IMG/VR virus record: IMGVR_UViG_3300037478_000353
Location: 1 to 34,921 of that record
Strand: one strand, 5' to 3'
From: a virus
Taxonomy: Duplodnaviria; Caudoviricetes
DNA length: 34,921 nt
Under the pieces are notes generated by a model. The model worked only from the letters and a program-made list of their open reading frames with translations. It made no database searches and was not told the origin of the DNA. Below are positions 7,985 through 15,360 of the stretch, piece after piece. The position numbers and the translations under genes are program-made. Position 1 is the stretch's first letter, and every line of letters begins with the position of its first letter.

Positions 7985-8298
7985 TTCTCACCCTCCGTGG
8001 GTGCGGGCCTGGCAGCGGACAGAGCGGCGCGGCGGGCTCCCTCGTACCAGTCGTAGAAGCGGCCGTAGAACTCCGCGGCGGTGCCGTTCGTATTCGGGAG
8101 CGGCACGTCCTCGAGCGCCTCGTACAGAGCGGGAGCGGCGGCTATCAGGCGGGCGTTGGCTTCCGCGGTCTCGGGGTCGCGACGCTCGACGCCTCTGTCG
8201 TCCACGTAGAGGCAGCCGCCGACCGGATCGAACTTCCAGGCGTGTCCGACTTGGGTCGGGACCTTCGTCGCCGTCCAGGGCCCCGGCGTGTGCCTCAC
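7981..8298 (-). CDS. Phage protein of HTPGPW...ANARLIAAAP type
   Basis: Both motifs present; common temperate-phage early gene. Confidence 0.8.
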   Translation of the reverse strand: MRHTPGPWTATKVPTQVGHAWKFDPVGGCLYVDDRGVERRDPETAEANARLIAAAPALYEALEDVPLPNTNGTAAEFYGRFYDWYEGARRAALSAARPAPTEGEK

Positions 8299-8498
8299 CA
8301 TGTCGCCACCCCACACAGCGCGATCACCGCGAGCTCGTTCAGGTAGTCGAGCATCGCGAGCGTCGTGTGCTGGCGGCTCTTGGCCGACGCGTATTCCTCG
8401 CTCTCGGGTGGCGGGAGGTAGAGGACCGGAGGCTCGCCGGGGCGTATGTGGCCGAGGACGAGCGGGCGTCGTGCGGGACGGGGCTCGGGGGTGGTCAT
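8295..8498 (-). CDS. Hypothetical protein
   Basis: GGAGG RBS; overlaps on both sides. Confidence 0.55.
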   Translation of the reverse strand: MTTPEPRPARRPLVLGHIRPGEPPVLYLPPPESEEYASAKSRQHTTLAMLDYLNELAVIALCGVATW

Positions 8499-8707
8499 GA
8501 CCGCACCTCCGGACCTTCGGCCATCGCCTCGGCCATGCCCTGAAGGAGACTGGCGGCCGCGAGTGCGTCCATGCGGGCCGCCTCGAAGCTCTGTATGTCG
8601 CCGGACAACTCGAAGCGACGCCACGCGGAGAGGGCGCATTCCAGGTACTCGGTCATATCGTCGCGAACCTCGCCCGACATCCTGGGATCCTGGATCGTGT
8701 CAGCCAT
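8495..8707 (-). CDS. Hypothetical protein, first gene of early operon
   Basis: AAGGAG RBS before ATG 8707; just downstream of the predicted promoter. Confidence 0.65.
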   Translation of the reverse strand: MADTIQDPRMSGEVRDDMTEYLECALSAWRRFELSGDIQSFEAARMDALAAASLLQGMAEAMAEGPEVRS

Positions 8708-8739
8708 TGATGGTGCTCCTTGGTCGATTGTCATGGAGC

Positions 8740-8769
8740 AAGATACATCGGCTATCCGATATGACGCAA
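8740..8769 (-). promoter_or_regulatory. Sigma70-type early promoter with operator in the spacer
   Basis: On the minus strand: TTGCGT (8769-8764), 18 nt, TATCTT (8745-8740). The perfect palindrome ATCGG-CTAT-CCGAT (8747-8760) lies within the spacer. Confidence 0.7.
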
Positions 8770-9143
8770 GCCCAAAATATCAGGCAACCGATATGGCGCT
8801 ATACAACGATAGGCCGATCACGCCCCCACCCCAGCCGATGCGCCGAAGAAGGCCGGAAACGCGTCCTCGGGCGGGATCCCATACAGGTGGGCCAGCGTCA
8901 CGAGGTCCCGGCGGCGGATGCGACCGACGCCCGATTCCATCTCCGCGTACGTCGGTTGAGCTAGCCCCAGGGCGGTCGCGCACTCGACCTGTGTCCGGCC
9001 GTGCTCGGCCCGCAGAGCAGCCATTCGGCGTGCTATGGGGAGGCGATATTTCTTGCGGGTCAGGTCCATTACTCCCACCTTAATCGGAGATACGATACAC
9101 ACACCGTAGCAGCACGCCGATAACCTACTATCGCGCATCCGAT
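8747..9143. promoter_or_regulatory. Repressor operator array, consensus ATCGG-N4-CCGAT
   Basis: 8747-8760 perfect; 8779-8792 ATCAG..CCGAT; 9083-9096 ATCGG..ACGAT; 9130-9143 ATCGC..CCGAT; weaker at 8805-8818 and 9108-9121. All lie in the two intergenic gaps flanking the Cro-like gene. Confidence 0.75.
8818..9069 (-). CDS. Cro-like XRE HTH regulator
   Basis: RMAALRAEHGRTQVECATALGLAQPTYAEMESG HTH; divergent from the second HTH and co-oriented with the early operon. Confidence 0.82.
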   Translation of the reverse strand: MDLTRKKYRLPIARRMAALRAEHGRTQVECATALGLAQPTYAEMESGVGRIRRRDLVTLAHLYGIPPEDAFPAFFGASAGVGA

Positions 9144-9159
9144 GGCGCTAGGGAGTGAT

Positions 9160-9552
9160 ATGCCGACGATTACCGACCGTGTCCGGGAACGGATGGTCGA
9201 GCTTGGATGGGTGAAGTCAGACGGGAGTCCGAACAGCTACGAGCTACGGGACCGGAGCGGGGTTGGGTACGCGACCGCTCACGGCATCGTCACCGGCACC
9301 ACCAAGCAGCCTGACATCGAGACGGTCCAGAAGCTCGCACGCGCGCTCCGTGCGCCCGTGAATTGGCTCCTGGGGGAGGAGCAGGACTTCGACCTACGCG
9401 CGTACGAGAAGGGCCGGGACCACGTGGCGAGAGCGGTGCGGGAAGCGTTGGACCACGCCCTTGCTACCTCTCCACCCGCAGATGTCGGTCGCGCCGAGGC
9501 CGCAGCGGTCGCGGCGGCGAAGGGGAAGCCTGATCCAACAAAGACCGGATGA
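9160..9552 (+). CDS. CI-like XRE HTH repressor (no S24 autoprotease domain)
   Basis: GGGAG RBS; SYELRDRSGVGYATAHGIVTGTTKQPDIETVQKLARAL.....WLLG XRE HTH. Confidence 0.82.
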   Translation: MPTITDRVRERMVELGWVKSDGSPNSYELRDRSGVGYATAHGIVTGTTKQPDIETVQKLARALRAPVNWLLGEEQDFDLRAYEKGRDHVARAVREALDHALATSPPADVGRAEAAAVAAAKGKPDPTKTG

Positions 9553-9736
9553 GGCGATTGAGCACGACCGCGTCCGCGCCGTCCACGTTCCGCCCCAAGC
9601 CCACCGACCCATCCTCGAACATCACGACCGTATCGCCCTCCCTCGCCCCCAACCTCCGCTCGAGCTCCTCCCGGATCTCAGGTGGCGTACATCGGTCGAG
9701 CACGTAGCGGGCGCGGATCGTCGGGTCGGCGGACAT
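9464..9736 (-). CDS. Hypothetical protein, convergent with and overlapping the repressor 3' end
   Basis: AGGAG RBS 5 nt before ATG 9736. Confidence 0.5.
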   Translation of the reverse strand: MSADPTIRARYVLDRCTPPEIREELERRLGAREGDTVVMFEDGSVGLGRNVDGADAVVLNRLIRSLLDQASPSPPRPLRPRRDRHLRVER

Positions 9737-9836
9737 GGGGGCTCCTAGGCCTCAGGTATCACATCCCCCGATGTCTCTCCTACGATGTCACCCGAGGGGT
9801 GCGGACCGCCAGACTGGAGCATGACCCCCAGACGCC

Positions 9837-9865
9837 AGAAAGGCCCCGGCTCTCGCCGAGACCTT
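9837..9865 (-). terminator. Rho-independent terminator-like hairpin
   Basis: Minus-strand RNA GGUCUCGGC-GAGA-GCCGGGGCC-UUUCU: 9-bp stem with G-U pairs, GNRA loop, short U tract. Confidence 0.55.
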
Positions 9866-9958
9866 CCCGTTGTGGCACCCTCGCTTCGCACCCGGTGAAG
9901 CGACCGGAATCTACGTGCGTAGAGGGGGTGGGGGCAAGCGGGCCTTCTCCGATGATGC

Positions 9959-9995
9959 TTGACGTATCCCTCGGTCCTTGTATACCGTACGTATA
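9959..9995 (+). promoter_or_regulatory. Candidate promoter of accessory island with overlapping palindrome
   Basis: TTGACG (9959-9964), 16 nt, TATACC (9981-9986); inverted repeat TATAC-N5-GTATA (9981-9995). Confidence 0.5.
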
Positions 9996-10028
9996 GGCGG
10001 ATACGCCACCACCGGAGAGAACGAGACA

Positions 10029-10340
10029 ATGACCCACCCGACGCCCCGCGAGATAGCCCAAGCCTACGACTGGCACGACACGTTCCTCTGGGCCGAGACC
10101 AAGCTGCTCTACCTGGTGGACCGTGTACGCGAGACTGGCAACCCGCTCGCCTCCCGCGACGAGGGTGGCGACATCACGATCGATAGATGCTGGCTCAACG
10201 TGGGCGACACGCTGTTCAAGCATGGGGTCTGGCTGGAGGATACCCCCGAGTTCGTCGTTGCGGCCGACCACGCCTACTGCATCGCCGTCGAGGAGCTTGG
10301 CTTCGCGTATGACCGGCACCGAATACCGGACCCTGCGTGA
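10029..10340 (+). CDS. Hypothetical protein
   Basis: ATG 10029 after GGAGAG; first gene after the promoter. Confidence 0.65.
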   Translation: MTHPTPREIAQAYDWHDTFLWAETKLLYLVDRVRETGNPLASRDEGGDITIDRCWLNVGDTLFKHGVWLEDTPEFVVAADHAYCIAVEELGFAYDRHRIPDPA

Positions 10341-10516
10341 GATGACCATGGACGACGACATCTGCCGCGGGTGCAACCATCCCCGCAAAGAGCACGAACC
10401 AGACGGGTGCACGGCCCTCGTCATGACCTGGGAGCACGGTGACACGTGGGACGAGCCCTGCGGTTGCACGGTCTTCTGGGCGATGACCGGAGCCGAGTAC
10501 CGAGCCCTGCGTGAGA
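10309..10516 (+). repeat. 34-bp imperfect direct repeat (10309-10342 / 10483-10516)
   Basis: ATGACCGGCACCGAATACCGGACCCTGCGTGAGA vs ATGACCGGAGCCGAGTACCGAGCCCTGCGTGAGA, 29/34 identical. Confidence 0.85.
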
Positions 10517-10668
10517 CGATAGGCACTCAGGCCGAAGCGGCCGAGAAGCTCGGCGTCGCCCCGAACACGATCGCCAGGCGCGAGCGTGAGGAGCTAATGA
10601 TCTCACTAGAAACGGAGTACGCGATGCGCTGGGTGGCGGAACGGGCGAAGGACGTCCCCGCCCCTTGA
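10348..10668 (+). CDS. XRE HTH protein, possibly with N-terminal Cys/His zinc module (alternative starts 10309, 10483)
   Basis: CRGCNHPRKEH...C...CGC..F in frame with MTGAEYRALRETIGTQAEAAEKLGVAPNTIARRE (HTH). Confidence 0.7.
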   Translation: MDDDICRGCNHPRKEHEPDGCTALVMTWEHGDTWDEPCGCTVFWAMTGAEYRALRETIGTQAEAAEKLGVAPNTIARREREELMISLETEYAMRWVAERAKDVPAP

Positions 10669-10694
10669 CCGCACTCGCCCGACCGTGCTATACA
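10665..10694 (+). promoter_or_regulatory. Sigma70-type promoter
   Basis: TTGACC (10665-10670), 18 nt, TATACA (10689-10694), with an extended -10 TG. Confidence 0.65.
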
Positions 10695-10695
10695 C

Positions 10696-11118
10696 CGGAT
10701 AGGCTGCACCCTTCAACCCCGAGGAACGACGCGTGACCCACTTGAGCATTTCGGACGACAAGATCCAGGATCTCGCCGCCTCGGCGATCTTGGCGGCGAT
10801 GGGGGAGGCAGAACGCGCGTCCCTCATCACCGCTGCGCTTAAGGACCTCATGACGAAGAAGGACCGCGGCTACGGATTCAATCGTCAGAGTCCGCTGCAC
10901 GAAGCATTTACCCGAGCGATGACAAAGCATGCCGAGGAGATCGCCTCCCGCGTCATCGCTGAGGATGAGGATCTCATGAAGCGGGTCGAGGGGATGGTCC
11001 GGGAGGCGATTGCTCAGGTGGTGGTCCGCGACCGTGAGGACACGGTCAGCCGGATTGCCAACGCCGTGCGTAACGCCTTCTTCGACCTGAACGAGAAGTG
11101 ACGGATAGGCTGCACCCT
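10696..11118 (+). repeat. Perfect 17-bp direct repeat CGGATAGGCTGCACCCT (10696-10712 / 11102-11118)
   Basis: Exact match read from the sequence; brackets gene 10733-11101. Confidence 0.9.
10733..11101 (+). CDS. Hypothetical helical protein
   Basis: GAGGA RBS, GTG start, 122 aa, coiled-coil-like. Confidence 0.75.
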   Translation: MTHLSISDDKIQDLAASAILAAMGEAERASLITAALKDLMTKKDRGYGFNRQSPLHEAFTRAMTKHAEEIASRVIAEDEDLMKRVEGMVREAIAQVVVRDREDTVSRIANAVRNAFFDLNEK

Positions 11119-11132
11119 CCAGGAGACACCCC

Positions 11133-12053
11133 ATGCACATGCCGATGACCGTGGTCCGAAAGACGGCGTTTCTGTCGCGCCAGGGCTTTCGTGATCCGCG
11201 CTGGCTCGACCGGGTCGCCGAGCTTGGCTTGCGTGAGGTCGAGGGCGAGCACCTGACGACGTGCCCCGGCTGCGGACGTGAGCCCGAGCGTGTGGTCGGC
11301 CAGTACGTCCACTACTCGCACCTCGCGCGGCTCACGGAGTGCGGGTGCGGGCTCTGGTATTCGGACCTGCGGCTGAACGCCGAGACCGTGCGCGCCCATT
11401 TCGAGAGGGCGTACAAGGACGACGAGTACTTCAGGGCACGGCGGCCCGTCTTCGAGCACCTCTCGCGGCTCGTGAGCCAGCGCACGCCCTACGGTGGGTC
11501 CGTGCTCGACGTTGGTGGGGCAACGGGGCATCTGGCGCTCGCGATCTGGCAGATCCGGCCCGACGTCGACCTGACCGTAACCGACGTGTCCGAACGGGCA
11601 TGCGCTGAGGCCAAAGCCCTCGGCCTCCACGCGATGCAAGTATCGGTCGCGGGCCTCAGCGATTGGCTACCGCAGTACGACGCCGTGATCTGCTCCGACG
11701 TGCTCTACTACGAGCCGGACATCGGGCCGGTGTGGGAGACGCTCGCGCGCATCGTCAGGCCCGGCGGCTCGCTCGTCATCCGCGGCCCCAACCGGACGGG
11801 CACGATCCGCCGCGCGGGCACGAAGCAGGACCCGTTCTCGACTCGGCTGCACGGCTTCAACCCCGAACACCTCTGCGTCTTCACGCGGGCCTACCTCGAG
11901 GAGCGGCTGACCGAGGTCGAGTTCACCGGGATCCGCACGCTGCCCTCGCCGGTCGGGCAGGGCTCACGCCTCGCCACGCTCGCGGGTCGGGTCGCGTGCA
12001 ACCTCGGGCCCCCCGTCACTCCGAGTGTCGTGACGATCGCGAGGAAGCCGTGA
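11133..12053 (+). CDS. Class I SAM-dependent methyltransferase with N-terminal zinc ribbon
   Basis: CPGC...CGCG; VLDVGGATG (motif I); YDAVICSDVLYY; RPGG.LVIRGPN; PEHL..FT. AGGAG RBS. Confidence 0.88.
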   Translation: MHMPMTVVRKTAFLSRQGFRDPRWLDRVAELGLREVEGEHLTTCPGCGREPERVVGQYVHYSHLARLTECGCGLWYSDLRLNAETVRAHFERAYKDDEYFRARRPVFEHLSRLVSQRTPYGGSVLDVGGATGHLALAIWQIRPDVDLTVTDVSERACAEAKALGLHAMQVSVAGLSDWLPQYDAVICSDVLYYEPDIGPVWETLARIVRPGGSLVIRGPNRTGTIRRAGTKQDPFSTRLHGFNPEHLCVFTRAYLEERLTEVEFTGIRTLPSPVGQGSRLATLAGRVACNLGPPVTPSVVTIARKP

Positions 12054-12187
12054 GCAACCGCAAGAAGCTCGGCCGCCACCCTAAGCTCGTGCTCGCCGAT
12101 CTGACGATCGCTGCGGTGGTCATGGCGCTGTTCTTGCTTTTCGTCGCGGCCCTGGTCAGAACGGGCGGCAACGTGCAGTGGTCCTGA
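12050..12187 (+). CDS. Small single-TM protein
   Basis: GTGA overlap with the MTase stop; basic N-terminus then LTIAAVVMALFLLFVAALV. Confidence 0.55.
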   Translation: MSNRKKLGRHPKLVLADLTIAAVVMALFLLFVAALVRTGGNVQWS

Positions 12188-12191
12188 CGCC

Positions 12192-12584
12192 CTACGAGGC
12201 GGCCAACGCAGCCGAGGCCGTGATCTGCACGTCCACGTAACCGGCTTCGCCCTGCCCGTTGTCCAAGACGACCTCGGCCCATAGTCGATAGACGCCGCCG
12301 CCGGGTGGGGCATCGTCCTTGTCCACCGCCAACACCCCCTTGACGGCTGAGTTCGTACCCGCGCCGTTCGTGACCGTGACACCGCCGATGGTGACGTCAT
12401 CGGTCACGTCGGACCAGACAGATCCGATCTTCTGTTCCAGGTAGGTGGAGCTCACGCTCGCGATCTCTGCGGCCTGTACGCCCGTGTCGGGATCCAGCAG
12501 GATGTCGATGAGGTCCATGCGCCAGCCCTCGCCGGTGCCGGGACCGCGCTTGGTGAACATGATGATGTTGGATCGGCTTGCCAT
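12192..12584 (-). CDS. Hypothetical beta-rich protein, possible fibre/appendage adaptor
   Basis: AGGAGG RBS; Ig-like alternating pattern with GGVYRL.AEV; last gene of the late region. Confidence 0.7.
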   Translation of the reverse strand: MASRSNIIMFTKRGPGTGEGWRMDLIDILLDPDTGVQAAEIASVSSTYLEQKIGSVWSDVTDDVTIGGVTVTNGAGTNSAVKGVLAVDKDDAPPGGGVYRLWAEVVLDNGQGEAGYVDVQITASAALAAS

Positions 12585-12595
12585 TGGTGGCCCTC

Positions 12596-14623
12596 CTACG
12601 GGCGTGGTGCGGTCTTGGTGGCCCAGGGACGAACGTGTGCGTCGGTTGCCCAGGAGCGGGCGGTAGCGTTGGCGGCCCAGACGCGAGCGTAGGCGTTGGC
12701 GGTCTGGTACACCAGGATGTCACTACCGAGTATGCCGCCCATGACCTCGACGGTGCCCGGCAGAAGGTCGGCAGACGCCGGATCCTGGGTAGCCGCGAGC
12801 GTGAGCGCCCGCGTCTCGACGGTGGCGGCGATCAGGCTGGCGTTGAGTGCTGTAGCCGTGACGTCGAGCACGTGGCCGCGGACTTCGACGGTGCCCGCGA
12901 GTAGATCACCGGCGCCGGCTTCAGCCGCCTCGAGGACACCAGCCAGCACATCGACGGTACCGGCTACGATGTCAGCGGCGAGCGCGGTCCCTGTCGCGTC
13001 GAGCACGCCGGCACGGACCTCGACGGTGCCAGCCAGCACATCCCCGGCCGTGCCCGCGAGCGTGCCCTCGAGCACACCACCGCGCACCTCGACCGTCCCC
13101 GCCGTGATGTCGCCCGACGTGGCTCCGGCCGTGACGTCGAGCACGTCGCCGGACACTTCGACGGTCCCGGCCAGGAGGGCGCCCTGGACGTTGACGCCCG
13201 CCGCATCCAGGAAGCCGGCGGCCACCTCGACGGTACCTGCCAAGAGATCGGCGTTGAGAGCTTCCGTGGTAGCGTCGAGGGTGCCGCCACGCACCTCCAC
13301 CGTGCCGGCCAGGACGTCACCCGTCGCACCGCTGACCCCTCCGGCAAGAATCCCGGCCTGGACCTCTACCGTGGCTATGACGATTTCGACGTCGAGCTGG
13401 TCGGCGGTGCCGTCGAGGATCCCGCCCTCGACCTCGACCGTGCCCGGAAGTAGATCCCCGGCCACTCCAGCCGTGGCCGCGTGCCACCACCAATGCAGAA
13501 CGTACGGGTTCGGGTTGGAGCCGACGGTGTCTGCGACGGTGACGGCAGCGAGGACTACGGCTCGTACGTCGATCGTGCCCGGAAGGATATCGGCGGTGCC
13601 GGCGGGTTGGGTCGCGTCGAGCACGGCGCCGGTGACGTCCACCGTCCCAGCGACCAACGGCACGGCCGAGACTCCACCGGCCGCGTCCAGCGTACCGGCC
13701 TGGACTTCGATCGTGCCCGCCAGGAGGTCTGCGGCCGTGATGCCACTGGCCGCGTCGAGGACGCCACCTCGAGCCTCGACGGTCGCCGCTGTCAGGTCGG
13801 CCGCGAGCGCACCCTCGGCCGCGAACCACCACCAGTACGACGGGTACGGGCTCGGGCGCGTGCCCATGTCTCCCGCAGCGCCTGGCGCTACGTCCGCGTC
13901 GAGCACACCCGCCTGCACACCGACGGTGCCGGGGAGTAGAGCCGCCTCCGTCGTCGCCAACGTACCCGAGAGCGCCCCCGCCTGCGCGGTGACGGTGCCC
14001 GGAAGGACTAGGGCAGCAGAAGCCGTGAGCGTCGCCGCGAGTAGGCCAGCGAGCACCGTCACCGTCCCGGCCGTGATGTCGCCCGTGACGGGTGCTGCGA
14101 CTTCCTCCGTGTACGTGCCCGTGATCTCGGCGGCATAGCAGCGCTTCTGCAGTGTGTCGCCGCCCTTGACCTTGCTGATCGTGAAGATGATGCGGACTAC
14201 CGCGGCGTCCCATTCGGCCTTGGTCGCCGCCGTATCGACGCCGGTGAACTGGACGAGGGAGGAGTTGGCGGGCGTCGTGTTGACGATGTTGCTCGCGAGC
14301 GTGGCCGCGTCGGTTAGCGGGGTCGTGCCGTCGGCCTTGAAGACGCGCGCCGTGAGCGAGTTCCAGGTGTTGACCTGCGCCCCCGCGCCCCAGCCGTACC
14401 GGAGCCTGACGAAAAGGGTGTCGACGTTACCCAGATCGGCGGGCACATCCGCCAGCGTGAATTGTGCGGTGTCCGTGACCGTGCCGCCCGAACTAATGTT
14501 CGAGTAGACGTAATCGGCATCGTCGGTGCTCGCGATGGCCTCGAGCACCGGGTCGGTGCCCTGGATCGACGTCTGGGTTATCTGGGTGAATGTGCCCAGC
14601 TCCAGGACGCCGAGATCAGCCAC
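12596..14623 (-). CDS. Repeat-rich putative virion fibre/appendage protein
   Basis: About 175-aa N-terminal domain, then roughly 20 tandem 22-24-aa units (gDllaGTVeV.aGvLda); GGAGG RBS, GTG start. Confidence 0.8.
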   Translation of the reverse strand: MADLGVLELGTFTQITQTSIQGTDPVLEAIASTDDADYVYSNISSGGTVTDTAQFTLADVPADLGNVDTLFVRLRYGWGAGAQVNTWNSLTARVFKADGTTPLTDAATLASNIVNTTPANSSLVQFTGVDTAATKAEWDAAVVRIIFTISKVKGGDTLQKRCYAAEITGTYTEEVAAPVTGDITAGTVTVLAGLLAATLTASAALVLPGTVTAQAGALSGTLATTEAALLPGTVGVQAGVLDADVAPGAAGDMGTRPSPYPSYWWWFAAEGALAADLTAATVEARGGVLDAASGITAADLLAGTIEVQAGTLDAAGGVSAVPLVAGTVDVTGAVLDATQPAGTADILPGTIDVRAVVLAAVTVADTVGSNPNPYVLHWWWHAATAGVAGDLLPGTVEVEGGILDGTADQLDVEIVIATVEVQAGILAGGVSGATGDVLAGTVEVRGGTLDATTEALNADLLAGTVEVAAGFLDAAGVNVQGALLAGTVEVSGDVLDVTAGATSGDITAGTVEVRGGVLEGTLAGTAGDVLAGTVEVRAGVLDATGTALAADIVAGTVDVLAGVLEAAEAGAGDLLAGTVEVRGHVLDVTATALNASLIAATVETRALTLAATQDPASADLLPGTVEVMGGILGSDILVYQTANAYARVWAANATARSWATDAHVRPWATKTAPRP

Positions 14624-14876
14624 CGGTGCCTCCGCACGTCGCGCACGTCTCGCCCGGAGGCGGCCAGGTGCCGCAGTCGAGGGCGGGCCGGTAGCCGTCC
14701 CAGAACGGCCTCACGTCACGCACGTATTCAGGGCTCGCGTGAACAGCAGTCCACGACCCGAGCGTGCGCCGGAGCCCGCACGCCCACCGCCGACCGGGGA
14801 CGGTGCGCTCCTCCAGGTGCACGCACACGCCCCGGTCGCCTAGCCAGCAGCAGTGGTCGACGCTGCCGCAACCCAT
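14616..14876 (-). CDS. Small cysteine-rich (metal-binding) protein
   Basis: 8 Cys in 86 aa (C....HCC......C.HL...C...C..WP...C..C); fits exactly between its neighbours. Confidence 0.65.
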   Translation of the reverse strand: MGCGSVDHCCWLGDRGVCVHLEERTVPGRRWACGLRRTLGSWTAVHASPEYVRDVRPFWDGYRPALDCGTWPPPGETCATCGGTGG

Positions 14877-14877
14877 C

Positions 14878-15342
14878 TTACGGGTTGGTCACGCCTGTAC
14901 GGCTGAGCGCCACCGCGTTCGTCGCGCCGATGGTGAACCCGGCGCCGTTCGTCACCTTCGCGGGATCGTAGATCACGAGCGAGATCGGGATCGAGTCCGA
15001 GTCGGCCGTAACGAACGCGAAGATGAGCGCCGCGCCGACCGTCTCGTTGTCGAGCACGCCGAAGTCGATGGCGGCATCAAAACGAAGCTCGCTCGTGCGC
15101 GTACCGTCGTTCACGTTGCGCTCCGTGTCGGCGATGGTCACTCGGGCGTACGAGCCGTCATCGCACTCGGTGTTGTTCGCGTGCCCGAGCACCGCGGAGA
15201 CCGTCGCGTGCGTCGCGACGAACGTGGGCGGGCCCGTCGACTTGAGCAACAGCACCCGGATATCGGCGGCTGCATCGGAGAGCCACTCGGTCGCATCCGG
15301 GTAATCGAGGGCGGTGTCGTAAACTTCTGCGCTGTCTGCCAT
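14878..15342 (-). CDS. Putative virion structural protein (uncultured-phage type)
   Basis: GGAG RBS; DIRVLLL...E...GSYAR.T...FD..IDFG...NG..FTI pattern recalled from phage tail regions. Confidence 0.7.
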   Translation of the reverse strand: MADSAEVYDTALDYPDATEWLSDAAADIRVLLLKSTGPPTFVATHATVSAVLGHANNTECDDGSYARVTIADTERNVNDGTRTSELRFDAAIDFGVLDNETVGAALIFAFVTADSDSIPISLVIYDPAKVTNGAGFTIGATNAVALSRTGVTNP

Positions 15343-15360
15343 GTCATGCTCCCGAGGTGT

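Noticed and set aside
10029-10668. Type II toxin-antitoxin pair
   Set aside because: The HTH could be an antitoxin, but the upstream protein shows no RelE/HicA/VapC-type motif I can recognise.
12700-14100. CRISPR-like array
   Set aside because: Repeats are degenerate at codon third positions and lie within one reading frame; no constant repeat with unique spacers.
12696-14138. 480-aa plus-strand repeat ORF
   Set aside because: Antisense mirror of the repeat gene 12596-14623, which has the RBS and operon context.
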